A stretch of 54,709 nucleotides of DNA from a virus. Taxonomy: Duplodnaviria > Caudoviricetes. Where the stretch lies: the IMG/VR virus record IMGVR_UViG_3300021962_008580, positions 1 to 54,709 of that record, one strand, 5' to 3'. Position 1 is the first letter of the stretch. Every line of letters starts with the position of its first letter. The position numbers and the translations under genes were made by a program. Below the pieces are notes generated by a model. The model saw nothing but the letters and a program-made list of their open reading frames with translations. It searched no databases and was not told where the DNA came from. Shown one piece after another: positions 38,321 to 47,290 of this stretch.

Positions 38321-41300
38321 TTATGTAGCTTTTGTTTCGACCGGGAAACTGTTATTTAGTAGGCCCGTATTCTCGTCCACGGTAGTTTTTTTATTCTGAC
38401 TACCACGTTTCCACTTCTGAGGACGGTTTTGCTGATCATACGAATTAATTTCCTTTTGAGAAAATACCCTCTTTTTATATTTGTAATGAGTAGGAAAATA
38501 ACCTACCAATCTCTCCGAATTGGCGGGTGTGTTTTGTAAAGAAACCTCTTTTCTATATCTTATTCCACTATTTGCTGTACCAAACAATGCCCCATATGTT
38601 TTATATACGAATTCGTCAAAAATAGAACCGGTAGAATTTGATGATAAAAACTTCAAGTCAAAATATCCGCTTCCACTTGTTGAAGGTGTAAATGATATAC
38701 TTCCGCTGAAATAAAACTCGGTGGCATCAAAATTGGAGCTAAACATTCCATTGTAAGAAACTGAGCCAGAAACATTCGGTACAAAATTTCCACTTACATT
38801 TAATGGTTCTATAATTGTTCCATTATAAACCGATCCAGAAAGAGGAGATTGATCGTTTTGTACCCCCGAAATATTTCCCCACAATACTCCGTTTATAGAA
38901 TGCGATGTATTTTGTAGGCTACTTGTTACTCCGTTGGCTCCAATATCAAAAGATATACTTCCGGAATATGACATAGATACATTTGTTCCTATAACCACAT
39001 ATAATGGATATTCGGTGATTGTTGGTAATTTGGCTATACTTACTTCGTAATATGAACGAGTTATTGTTTGAGCTGTTCCTTCAAAATTGATTTGCTTCTC
39101 ATATTCATTTAGCTGAGATCCAGACAGTGCGTATTTTCTGTAAACTTGGAATGGTTTTTTAACCTTCAAAACATCGGCTCGATAATAATCACCGTTGTAA
39201 TATGTTATGCCAGAATCAGAATATATTACTGAACCATATTCATCCGGAACGTCGGCATATTGTCTATGATTTATATCATTAAGAAGAGTTGTACCGATAG
39301 TTCTTATGTCTATACTCTGGGTGGCATATACCGGATTACTTCCTGTTATACCATATCCCATGTTGTACACAGATCCTGTTGGTATATAGATATTTTCTCT
39401 GACCACCGGCTTTAGTTCGAGCTTCGGTCTTTCCAATATTGATGGTTCTAGCACCAATCCTTCAACCAACTTTGTTCTCGCTGGAACAATTTGCTTGATA
39501 TAAGAGAACATAGATTTGTCAAAATATGACTTAACCATGTTCATGAACGATTGATAATCTATTCTTCCAAGGCCCTGATCAAAGTATATTTCTCTGAATT
39601 TTTCAAATTTCTTGTATGTTCTGTCATATACTGTTCTTGGGTCTCCGATAAGATCTCCAATTTCAAATTGACCAAAGAATTTTAATATCTCTTCATTTTT
39701 TATGTCAATTGGTGAGAAAAATACCCCAAGCTTATTTGAATCTTTTCCCGTCACATTGGACAGCATCAACGAAGAACGAGTTTCTGAAGATAATGGACTT
39801 GTTAAAGTTTGTTCAACATAGTTTATCTTATTGCTTCTGAATCTCGCAGCTCCATACGACGGAACTTGTATCGTTTGTCTTGTACTCTTTTGAACAAATT
39901 GATATGGATATGAGGACTGAGAAATTGGGCAACCATATTGATCATGTGTGACTTCATACACGGTTGAAAAATTGTTTGCTGTAAATGTGGGGAAATCGGT
40001 CCTAAATGCCAAGTTATTCAATGTCAATGCCACACTTGAAGTATACAAATCGATTGGTCTTTCAAATGATATATGCAACAAGTTTTTGTCTACCATCGTT
40101 TCAGCTGAATCCAAATCATATGATCCCTTATATAACACATGGTTGTTGAAACGATCATCGCTCAAAGGAATTTCCCATAGTTTGATTTCATCCAATGTAC
40201 CCCAAAAAGATCCAGTAGATCCTCCCCAATTGTCTCCAAATAATATTTGTCCACCAGATCTGAAAGAATTGTTAAAACTCGAGCTTAATATGATACTTCC
40301 CGTTGATGTAAATACTATTCTTGAATCGTCGGACTTTTTTACAATCAAATCATATTGTATAGGATAGTCGTCAATTGTAGAGGCTGACGCGCTGGCAAGA
40401 TTAAATGAGGAAAGTGGGTCGTTTCTTCTCAATAAAACGTTGTATGTACTTCCGTCAAACAATGGAATTTTTCCTGTTCCAACTGTTTTCACTCCACCAC
40501 TTCCCGTGACACTAAAAAACATCCTTCCCCAATGATCCCCTCTATCCTTTATAACTCCAACATTCCATATATCTGGGCTGCCAGCTACATATATGATTGA
40601 ATTTTCATCGATTTCTTTTTTATCAAAACTGATATTAAATTCTACGCTTTGAACACTTCCCGTCCAAGGGGCTTCAAAATATTCTCCGCTTCCGCTAAAG
40701 TGTGGTTCATATTTGGTTGTTTCAAATATATAATACGACTTATCGGAAGAATCTATCAAACTATCTATACCACCATATTCTTTTATCTTTATAAGATTTT
40801 TTGGAACTCCAAAACATGAAAGAATTGCATTGATCGACGCCTCCGTTCCTTTTGTCTTATAGATAAAAGGAAGTGAATTCAACAATCTTTTCCATATTAT
40901 TTGGTTTCTTTCTTTCTCGGATATGGTTCCAACTTTATTGTATAATGAAGAAGCTGGACTAAAATCCGATTTGGAGAAAGAAGACAATAGCAATGGAAGA
41001 TTTTCTCTGGATATTTCAGGCTCCCACCCCAAAGATTTCAATATTTGGTCCGATATTCCAGAAGAAACTCCGCGATTTACGTCGGCGTCATGATTGTTTT
41101 TTTCAGTAAATTGTTTGATAAAAATTGAAATGTTATCAAAATAATGTCCGATCATTCCTATAAATCTAATATACTCTTCGTTTTCTGTTCCGGTACTTAT
41201 GAATTCAGGAAGATTGTTTATTAAACCACTTTGATTATCTCTGTCATATAATGAAGCTGACGATTCTGTTCCATAAACATTAATGTGCTCATAATACCAA

Positions 41301-42991
41301 TATGGATTATTTTTCAAGAAATTTTCATATCCATCAAACGATCCATATATTTCATTGATTTTATTTTCTATCAGTTCTTTATCTTTTAAATAAAATACAT
41401 CGTCTGGCTGAGATTCTATTTTTTGATTAAGATTGGAAATTTCATTTTCCAAGGATGTTATTTCTTCTCTCTTTGCCGTATATGTGTTTAATCTGTATAC
41501 CGCCGATGAAAAAGTGACAAAATTTTCAAAATATCTATAGTCAATTGTGTCGAGGTATTGGTTTTTAAGCTTTGTGCCCAACTTTGACATCAATTCGTTG
41601 TATAAACTTCCCGTTTCAGAAAGCAATTCTTCATTGGAAACCGTTTCCGTTGAATTTCCTTTACTTCCTATGTTTACATTGAAATTTGGTCCGCGTAGAC
41701 GAATGGTTTCAATGTATTTTTTTGCGTAGTAATAAAGATTTTGAACCAATGGTTGTGAGGCAAACAAGTTCTTTATCAAAAGCGGAGACCCCTTTCCTAT
41801 GGTGTTTGCCAAAGGAGAATTCAATTTGATTATAAGTCTATCATGAAAATTTGGATTGGTAGAAGCAACCAACTTATAATTCATGATCGGAAGCAAAGTT
41901 CCATCGTCAAAACTCAAGTAGTTTTTGAAAAACCCGATATACAAATTGTTGTAGTAAATTTGAATTTGTTGAATTACTGGGAGGAATATATTGGTGTAAT
42001 ATATTTCCGCCAAGAAATTAACTATATCGTTATAGTTGGAAGGTTTATGATTGTTGATGGCGGTCAATTCTCTATCAACGATAAATTGCAAGAATGAATA
42101 ATATACATTTGATATATCTTGGAACGATACAATAGTGTTATAGTTTTCATGTAACCAATTATAAAATTGCTCATATATTCCAAATATTTGTCTCGTATAA
42201 TAGCTTGATCCGTTTGCTAACTTCTTTTCATTACCATAATAAACGTCGGTGATAAAATTGATAGCGTTGATATCTTGACTTCCGGACACACCACTTATAA
42301 ATCCATAATTATACAAAAATGAACTTGCCACCAAAGGATTTGAATTTTTTACTGAAAAATAAATCTTATATAATTCGGGAGACTTTATTCCGTCTATGAG
42401 TTGATCCATCACTTCATTTATTTGAAGAGCTCCTTGAGAATATGTTTGATATTCAGCGTAAAAGTTTATGTCCTTTTCATCAGTGCTGTTTACATCAGTG
42501 TTTGGAATCAATGCTATTTCTGTTCTTGATGGAGAAATTTCATCTATTATCAATCTTCTTGTTGGATCAAAAGAACTCCCAACCACATCTCTGGTTAATT
42601 GTAATACAACTTTGTAATTTCCCTCGTTGATAGACAAATTGTTGAGTTCGTCCGATATATTGAAAAATACGGATTCGGTTGGCTTACCAACTGAAACCAC
42701 ATCGCTGGAAAAGTATTTGTGATTATATGTTACCGTTTCATTTCTTATATTCTTATAAGATCCGGTGAACTCTTTATATTCTCCAAGGATCTTTATCATA
42801 GATCCGGTTATAAGAGAATCGTCCAAAGTATATACATTCAGGCTAAAAAGATCTTTGTCGGATTTTCCAAATGAAAAATTATAAACTTCATAAACGTCCT
42901 TCAGATAGTCCCAATCATTTTTGGACATATAGTATCCCGTCGAAAATGAAGACGAAGATTGTTCTACATATTTGATATCTTCTATGTTCAT
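38321..42991 (-). CDS. Large baseplate wedge protein (gp7-like) with LamG/ConA-like domain
   Basis: IYKTKGTEASINAILSCFG...IKEYG and FWGTLDEIKLW. Likely start is ATG 42991, an ATGA overlap with the upstream stop. Confidence 0.65.
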   Translation of the reverse strand: MNIEDIKYVEQSSSSFSTGYYMSKNDWDYLKDVYEVYNFSFGKSDKDLFSLNVYTLDDSLITGSMIKILGEYKEFTGSYKNIRNETVTYNHKYFSSDVVSVGKPTESVFFNISDELNNLSINEGNYKVVLQLTRDVVGSSFDPTRRLIIDEISPSRTEIALIPNTDVNSTDEKDINFYAEYQTYSQGALQINEVMDQLIDGIKSPELYKIYFSVKNSNPLVASSFLYNYGFISGVSGSQDINAINFITDVYYGNEKKLANGSSYYTRQIFGIYEQFYNWLHENYNTIVSFQDISNVYYSFLQFIVDRELTAINNHKPSNYNDIVNFLAEIYYTNIFLPVIQQIQIYYNNLYIGFFKNYLSFDDGTLLPIMNYKLVASTNPNFHDRLIIKLNSPLANTIGKGSPLLIKNLFASQPLVQNLYYYAKKYIETIRLRGPNFNVNIGSKGNSTETVSNEELLSETGSLYNELMSKLGTKLKNQYLDTIDYRYFENFVTFSSAVYRLNTYTAKREEITSLENEISNLNQKIESQPDDVFYLKDKELIENKINEIYGSFDGYENFLKNNPYWYYEHINVYGTESSASLYDRDNQSGLINNLPEFISTGTENEEYIRFIGMIGHYFDNISIFIKQFTEKNNHDADVNRGVSSGISDQILKSLGWEPEISRENLPLLLSSFSKSDFSPASSLYNKVGTISEKERNQIIWKRLLNSLPFIYKTKGTEASINAILSCFGVPKNLIKIKEYGGIDSLIDSSDKSYYIFETTKYEPHFSGSGEYFEAPWTGSVQSVEFNISFDKKEIDENSIIYVAGSPDIWNVGVIKDRGDHWGRMFFSVTGSGGVKTVGTGKIPLFDGSTYNVLLRRNDPLSSFNLASASASTIDDYPIQYDLIVKKSDDSRIVFTSTGSIILSSSFNNSFRSGGQILFGDNWGGSTGSFWGTLDEIKLWEIPLSDDRFNNHVLYKGSYDLDSAETMVDKNLLHISFERPIDLYTSSVALTLNNLAFRTDFPTFTANNFSTVYEVTHDQYGCPISQSSYPYQFVQKSTRQTIQVPSYGAARFRSNKINYVEQTLTSPLSSETRSSLMLSNVTGKDSNKLGVFFSPIDIKNEEILKFFGQFEIGDLIGDPRTVYDRTYKKFEKFREIYFDQGLGRIDYQSFMNMVKSYFDKSMFSYIKQIVPARTKLVEGLVLEPSILERPKLELKPVVRENIYIPTGSVYNMGYGITGSNPVYATQSIDIRTIGTTLLNDINHRQYADVPDEYGSVIYSDSGITYYNGDYYRADVLKVKKPFQVYRKYALSGSQLNEYEKQINFEGTAQTITRSYYEVSIAKLPTITEYPLYVVIGTNVSMSYSGSISFDIGANGVTSSLQNTSHSINGVLWGNISGVQNDQSPLSGSVYNGTIIEPLNVSGNFVPNVSGSVSYNGMFSSNFDATEFYFSGSISFTPSTSGSGYFDLKFLSSNSTGSIFDEFVYKTYGALFGTANSGIRYRKEVSLQNTPANSERLVGYFPTHYKYKKRVFSQKEINSYDQQNRPQKWKRGSQNKKTTVDENTGLLNNSFPVETKAT

Positions 42992-43206
42992 AGCTCCGAA
43001 AATTCTATGTCGTATTTGGTCAAAACCTTTACTGGATTTGTTGGAATATTTTTCAATGGTATTGTAATACAAGTTGAAAACATAGAACCGCTGTTTTCCA
43101 AAATAAGATTATAAGAAGAATCTATATTTGGAGAAATTGATCCAGTTTTGTTAAGACTCAAGACTTCATCTTGAGGATATTTTGCCAAATATGGATTTTC
43201 ATTCAT
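42988..43206 (-). CDS. Small hypothetical protein in the baseplate operon
   Basis: 72-aa ORF with ATGA overlaps at both ends. Confidence 0.7.
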   Translation of the reverse strand: MNENPYLAKYPQDEVLSLNKTGSISPNIDSSYNLILENSGSMFSTCITIPLKNIPTNPVKVLTKYDIEFSEL

Positions 43207-44471
43207 CGTGTAACCTTAAATGTTGTCGGTATATCAAATGTTTTGATGGAACCGCTTTGTTCAGTTCTTATTTGAACCTTCATATATCTTTCTTGTGGAA
43301 TACCGGTTGTATCTAACATGAAATAATTTCCATTGCTGTCAAAACTTATTCTTGTATAGCAGTCATATGGAATTATATCATCATCGGATTCCGCGTCTCT
43401 TATGCAATAAAAACTTGATGAGGGAAGATAATATGGATAAAGATAATCCGAGAAACGATTGATTGCTCCGGCTGGAGTTGGGTAACTTGCAAATGTCTTG
43501 GTTGGATATCTCTTTCTTGCCGTGATGTCCATTCTGATAATATCCCCGTGTTTGTAAGTTAATGACATGTTTTTCATGTTTACTACAGCATCGTTGGTTT
43601 GAATCAACTCGGCACTTCCGGTGTCAAACCCAGGCAATTCCCAATCAAGTCTAGCGTCGTTCCACGCAACATCGATATATGGAGAATATATAGTGTTGGT
43701 TTCTTTGGAAAAAAATCTCAACGAACCATAGTCAATTGAACTGGTTTCGTCGCTGTGAAGAAGTATCAAACCGTTGTTGATGATCGTTCCAGACAACCAA
43801 GCGTTGACTATAGGAGTGATGTCCATACGAACATCCGAACTCTGGTAATCAAATGATTGAGAACAACCAAACCCTCCCGTGACAGGAGCAATTATAGAAG
43901 ATGTTGGTGGATTATAATCTGGTGGAGAGCATTCTCCCATATTTGGGTACATGGCTGGATTGATGTACACCGGTTCCAGATATCCCGAACCAGAGCTTTT
44001 CATGCTTCCAGAAATCCACCAAACTCCACCACCATTACAATCTGAGGCAAAGCTTGGATACCAATCCTCGTTTCCTCCGTCCGTGAATTTCCAACTTACA
44101 CCGTCGGAATAATCGTTTCCATCAAGTTTATATCCAGTTCCCATAGACCATGATTGAGATATAGGATATGCAGCGAGTGTATAGTTTACTGGAACTTCTA
44201 TCGACTCACAAACTTTCAAAACAAGATAGAATTTTGGATCTATTGGTCTGTCTGGGTCCGAAGAAGCTATAGATTGAGATAGTTCAGCCAAATTAAACTG
44301 AAGAAGTGCCCGAGACAACACCGATCCAAGATTTTCTCCGTCGGTTCCGCAAGCATAATAACTTGTTCTCTTTTCTACCTCAAGTATTTCATCCAACCCA
44401 GTGTTTTTGTACATCAAAACGGGGTTGTTCGAAATGAATGCGTCCTTGGATGGATATAAAAAGTAATGCAT
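43203..44471 (-). CDS. Virion structural protein with DNRLRE-like beta-sandwich
   Basis: KDAFI...NTGLDEILEV...SRALLQF...DITPIVNAW...NNGLIL...FFSKET...PYIDV pattern. Confidence 0.55.
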   Translation of the reverse strand: MHYFLYPSKDAFISNNPVLMYKNTGLDEILEVEKRTSYYACGTDGENLGSVLSRALLQFNLAELSQSIASSDPDRPIDPKFYLVLKVCESIEVPVNYTLAAYPISQSWSMGTGYKLDGNDYSDGVSWKFTDGGNEDWYPSFASDCNGGGVWWISGSMKSSGSGYLEPVYINPAMYPNMGECSPPDYNPPTSSIIAPVTGGFGCSQSFDYQSSDVRMDITPIVNAWLSGTIINNGLILLHSDETSSIDYGSLRFFSKETNTIYSPYIDVAWNDARLDWELPGFDTGSAELIQTNDAVVNMKNMSLTYKHGDIIRMDITARKRYPTKTFASYPTPAGAINRFSDYLYPYYLPSSSFYCIRDAESDDDIIPYDCYTRISFDSNGNYFMLDTTGIPQERYMKVQIRTEQSGSIKTFDIPTTFKVTR

Positions 44472-44521
44472 ATCTGAGGTTCTTTGTTATATAAATATAA
44501 CAACCAATCAAAAATATACGA

Positions 44522-46408
44522 TTAAAGAACCTTACCGATTATATCTTTTGTTGGGAATTTTACTTCAAAAACCGAAGGATCCAGTGACGGATATACAACC
44601 TTGTCCACGGTAGCTTGTTTGATGTCATATTCATATGGAGAATAATCTCCATCTTTGGCAGTAAGATTATTTATTTTTATATAACTTACAGACTGTACTC
44701 CCTCTACTCTGCTTATTTCAAGCTCCAATCTGCTAAGATTTATTGGTTGACAAAATTGAACATTGTCTATGTTGAAATAATCTTGAACAATAGTCAAACA
44801 ATTGCTCAACACATCTCTTTTATTATAGTTTTTATAAACAACGATACCAAAATCCACTCCAACATTTATGATATACCCATCCAGAATATTTACTGCGTCG
44901 GTGAGCATTCTATATTGATTTAGATAATTTTTTACGTTTTCTTGGATAGCTGGGTTGGATTTTATCAGCTTTTTCTGAGTGTTGTAGCAAAGTATATAAA
45001 GATTTACAGCAAATGGGTTATAATCGTTCATCGTTGTATCGATGGACTGGTCGGCTACAGCATAAGCCTTGGCTATGGATCCATATTTGGACGGCATAGA
45101 ATATGTTCTTACCACATAATCTTGTTGAGTAACAGCTCTGTTTTGTGAGGAATAATTGGCTAAAGCATTATTTCTAATTACATCGTTTGATTCACTTCCA
45201 AGCCCACCAACCGCTGGAACTGGATTGTTCACTTTTATAGATCTACGAATGGTATCCGTCAGAGATTGTTCTAAAGTTGGAAGTTCCGTAATGTCACCGA
45301 AGAACTCAACCGCTGTAACATTACGTATAGTGTTGGTGTTTACATTACTTTCCACACCGCCGCCAACAATATATCTTATGGTCAATGTGGTGTTTGCTGG
45401 AGCTTGACCAAAAGCTTTTGAAGACAGAAAATTGGCTGGATCATATGAAACATTTTCTGTTCTAAAAATGGACTGATTTGAAACGGTATTTACGTTCGGA
45501 ACAATCAACTCATCGTCTTTAACATTTGTTCCTGCTCCAAATTCAATAAAAGTTGTATCATCACCATTTATTCCAGAAACAAATCTTCTTGAGGTTCTTA
45601 AAAATTTCATCAAAAACGGGGCAGTATCTCTATATTTTGACATCACATTGTCATTTTTGAAAAGGTTTTCCGAATCCACCGGTATCAAATCTTGAGCAAG
45701 ATAGTCGGATTCATACCAACGGTTTCCATCAGAATCATATATGTCAACAATGCCAATGAGATTGGTTTCTGCAAATTCAACTCTGTAAAATGCAATAGGA
45801 TCTCCAACCGTTACGGTCTTTGTCAAAATTTGTCCGGCTGACGCATCTACACTCTTTTTCAAAACATAGAAATCTGGCTGTCCAGCTTGATTTCTTTGAT
45901 ATACAGATATTTCCAATGGGTCATTTTTGGTGTCAACGGTGAAATCGACCGGCAAGTTTGTAATAAAACTAACTCCATTGTCGCTGTTGCTTGTCATTCC
46001 AGGCTTAATAATCTGGGCATATGACATATCTGGTACCATCGAACCCGTTTCATCCGTCTTTGATGGTAATATTTGATAAACATCAAGTTTGGTGACGGAT
46101 GGCGTTGTTACCTTTGCTCTATATCCAAGGGATCTCGCGGAATCAATGATGTTTTGTCTTTCTTCAGAATTTACAAGAATAGATTCTTTGAACTGATAAT
46201 CTATGTAATATGACATTACGTCTCCAACATATGCTGACATTTCAATGAACATCATACCTGTCGATGCTTCACTGAAATCCTTATATGTGTTTGGATAATA
46301 GTATTTGGCAAAATCAATCAACGATTGTCTCAACTGGGTAAAATCCTTGTTGAGATATTTGATATCTTTTCGTGTGGGTTGATAAGACTTTGGTGTATCA
46401 AGTATCAT
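44522..46408 (-). CDS. Baseplate wedge subunit, T4 gp6-like
   Basis: KDFTQLRQSL...DFSEAS...AYVGDVMSYY, ARSLGY and QNRAVTQQDY motifs. Confidence 0.9.
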   Translation of the reverse strand: MILDTPKSYQPTRKDIKYLNKDFTQLRQSLIDFAKYYYPNTYKDFSEASTGMMFIEMSAYVGDVMSYYIDYQFKESILVNSEERQNIIDSARSLGYRAKVTTPSVTKLDVYQILPSKTDETGSMVPDMSYAQIIKPGMTSNSDNGVSFITNLPVDFTVDTKNDPLEISVYQRNQAGQPDFYVLKKSVDASAGQILTKTVTVGDPIAFYRVEFAETNLIGIVDIYDSDGNRWYESDYLAQDLIPVDSENLFKNDNVMSKYRDTAPFLMKFLRTSRRFVSGINGDDTTFIEFGAGTNVKDDELIVPNVNTVSNQSIFRTENVSYDPANFLSSKAFGQAPANTTLTIRYIVGGGVESNVNTNTIRNVTAVEFFGDITELPTLEQSLTDTIRRSIKVNNPVPAVGGLGSESNDVIRNNALANYSSQNRAVTQQDYVVRTYSMPSKYGSIAKAYAVADQSIDTTMNDYNPFAVNLYILCYNTQKKLIKSNPAIQENVKNYLNQYRMLTDAVNILDGYIINVGVDFGIVVYKNYNKRDVLSNCLTIVQDYFNIDNVQFCQPINLSRLELEISRVEGVQSVSYIKINNLTAKDGDYSPYEYDIKQATVDKVVYPSLDPSVFEVKFPTKDIIGKVL

Positions 46409-46812
46409 ATATTACCTTGAGCGGTTACTAAAGTTAAATTTTGTGGCGTGGTAATTCCCATAGAATCAACCGTGAAAGATACATCTATTTTGACATAGTT
46501 GTTATCTCTTTCCTGGTCTGTAGAACTCACGGACACGCTTTTGACAGTGACATATGGTAACCATTTTTGAACATCCTTTTTTATTGCTTGTTCTACAATT
46601 CCAGGAAGATCGTCGTTGTTGAATTCAAACAATACATCCCAAAGAGTAGACCCAAAATCAAGATTCAATCTTCTTTCTCCACGTTTAGTGTTTAGAAGCA
46701 AATACAAATTAGCCTTAACTTGATCAACCACATCAAAGCTTTGATTGAAATAACCCTGATCTCCACGTATAAGTGGAAAGGTTAATCCTATTGGTTGACG
46801 GTTAGCAGCCAT
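46405..46812 (-). CDS. Baseplate wedge subunit, gp25-like (sheath initiation)
   Basis: QVKANLYLLLNTKRGER...DFGS..WDVLFE...WLPYV; directly upstream of the gp6-like gene. Confidence 0.9.
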   Translation of the reverse strand: MAANRQPIGLTFPLIRGDQGYFNQSFDVVDQVKANLYLLLNTKRGERRLNLDFGSTLWDVLFEFNNDDLPGIVEQAIKKDVQKWLPYVTVKSVSVSSTDQERDNNYVKIDVSFTVDSMGITTPQNLTLVTAQGNI

Positions 46813-46814
46813 GA

Positions 46815-47258
46815 TTATGGTCTCTTTGATTTAGCCTTACTTTCTGCGGCTTTCAAAAGAGCTCTGTAATCTTTTTTCAGAGCGTTAGCAACGGCAGCAA
46901 TTTCTTTGTTTTCATTCAATTGCTGAGGAGTCAAATTGTTAAGAACATCAACAGCCGAATTTGTTTCCGCTTCTTGTGGAACTCCGCCCGTTGTCTCATT
47001 CAATACTTGATTAAGAAGTGGGTTCTTGCTATACATTTTTTGAGGTTGTGCAGCCTGCTTTTTTACAGGTTCATCAAGTCCAACATTAAAATTTGGCTTT
47101 TTGGCCGGAGTTACTTCCGTATTTTTTGCTTCTAATATAGCCGCCGAGCTTTCCGTCATCTTTTCTGCCAATACTTCCATCAATAGTTGAGGAAGCGCAT
47201 TATGAACTTCTTCTTTTACAAGGGTTCTTATAATATCAACTAGTTCGTTCTTTTTCAT
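46815..47258 (-). CDS. Hypothetical protein
   Basis: 147-aa ORF with upstream ATATTTATA motif; N-terminus MKKNELVDIIRTLVKEEV. Confidence 0.7.
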   Translation of the reverse strand: MKKNELVDIIRTLVKEEVHNALPQLLMEVLAEKMTESSAAILEAKNTEVTPAKKPNFNVGLDEPVKKQAAQPQKMYSKNPLLNQVLNETTGGVPQEAETNSAVDVLNNLTPQQLNENKEIAAVANALKKDYRALLKAAESKAKSKRP

Positions 47259-47290
47259 ATATATGGGTCTTTCTATAAATATAAACTATT

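Noticed and set aside
42988-43206. Possible frameshift joining the 72-aa ORF to the large baseplate gene
   Set aside because: A clean ATGA stop/start overlap at 42988-42991 explains two coupled genes; the ORF track's 43072 start is an over-extension.
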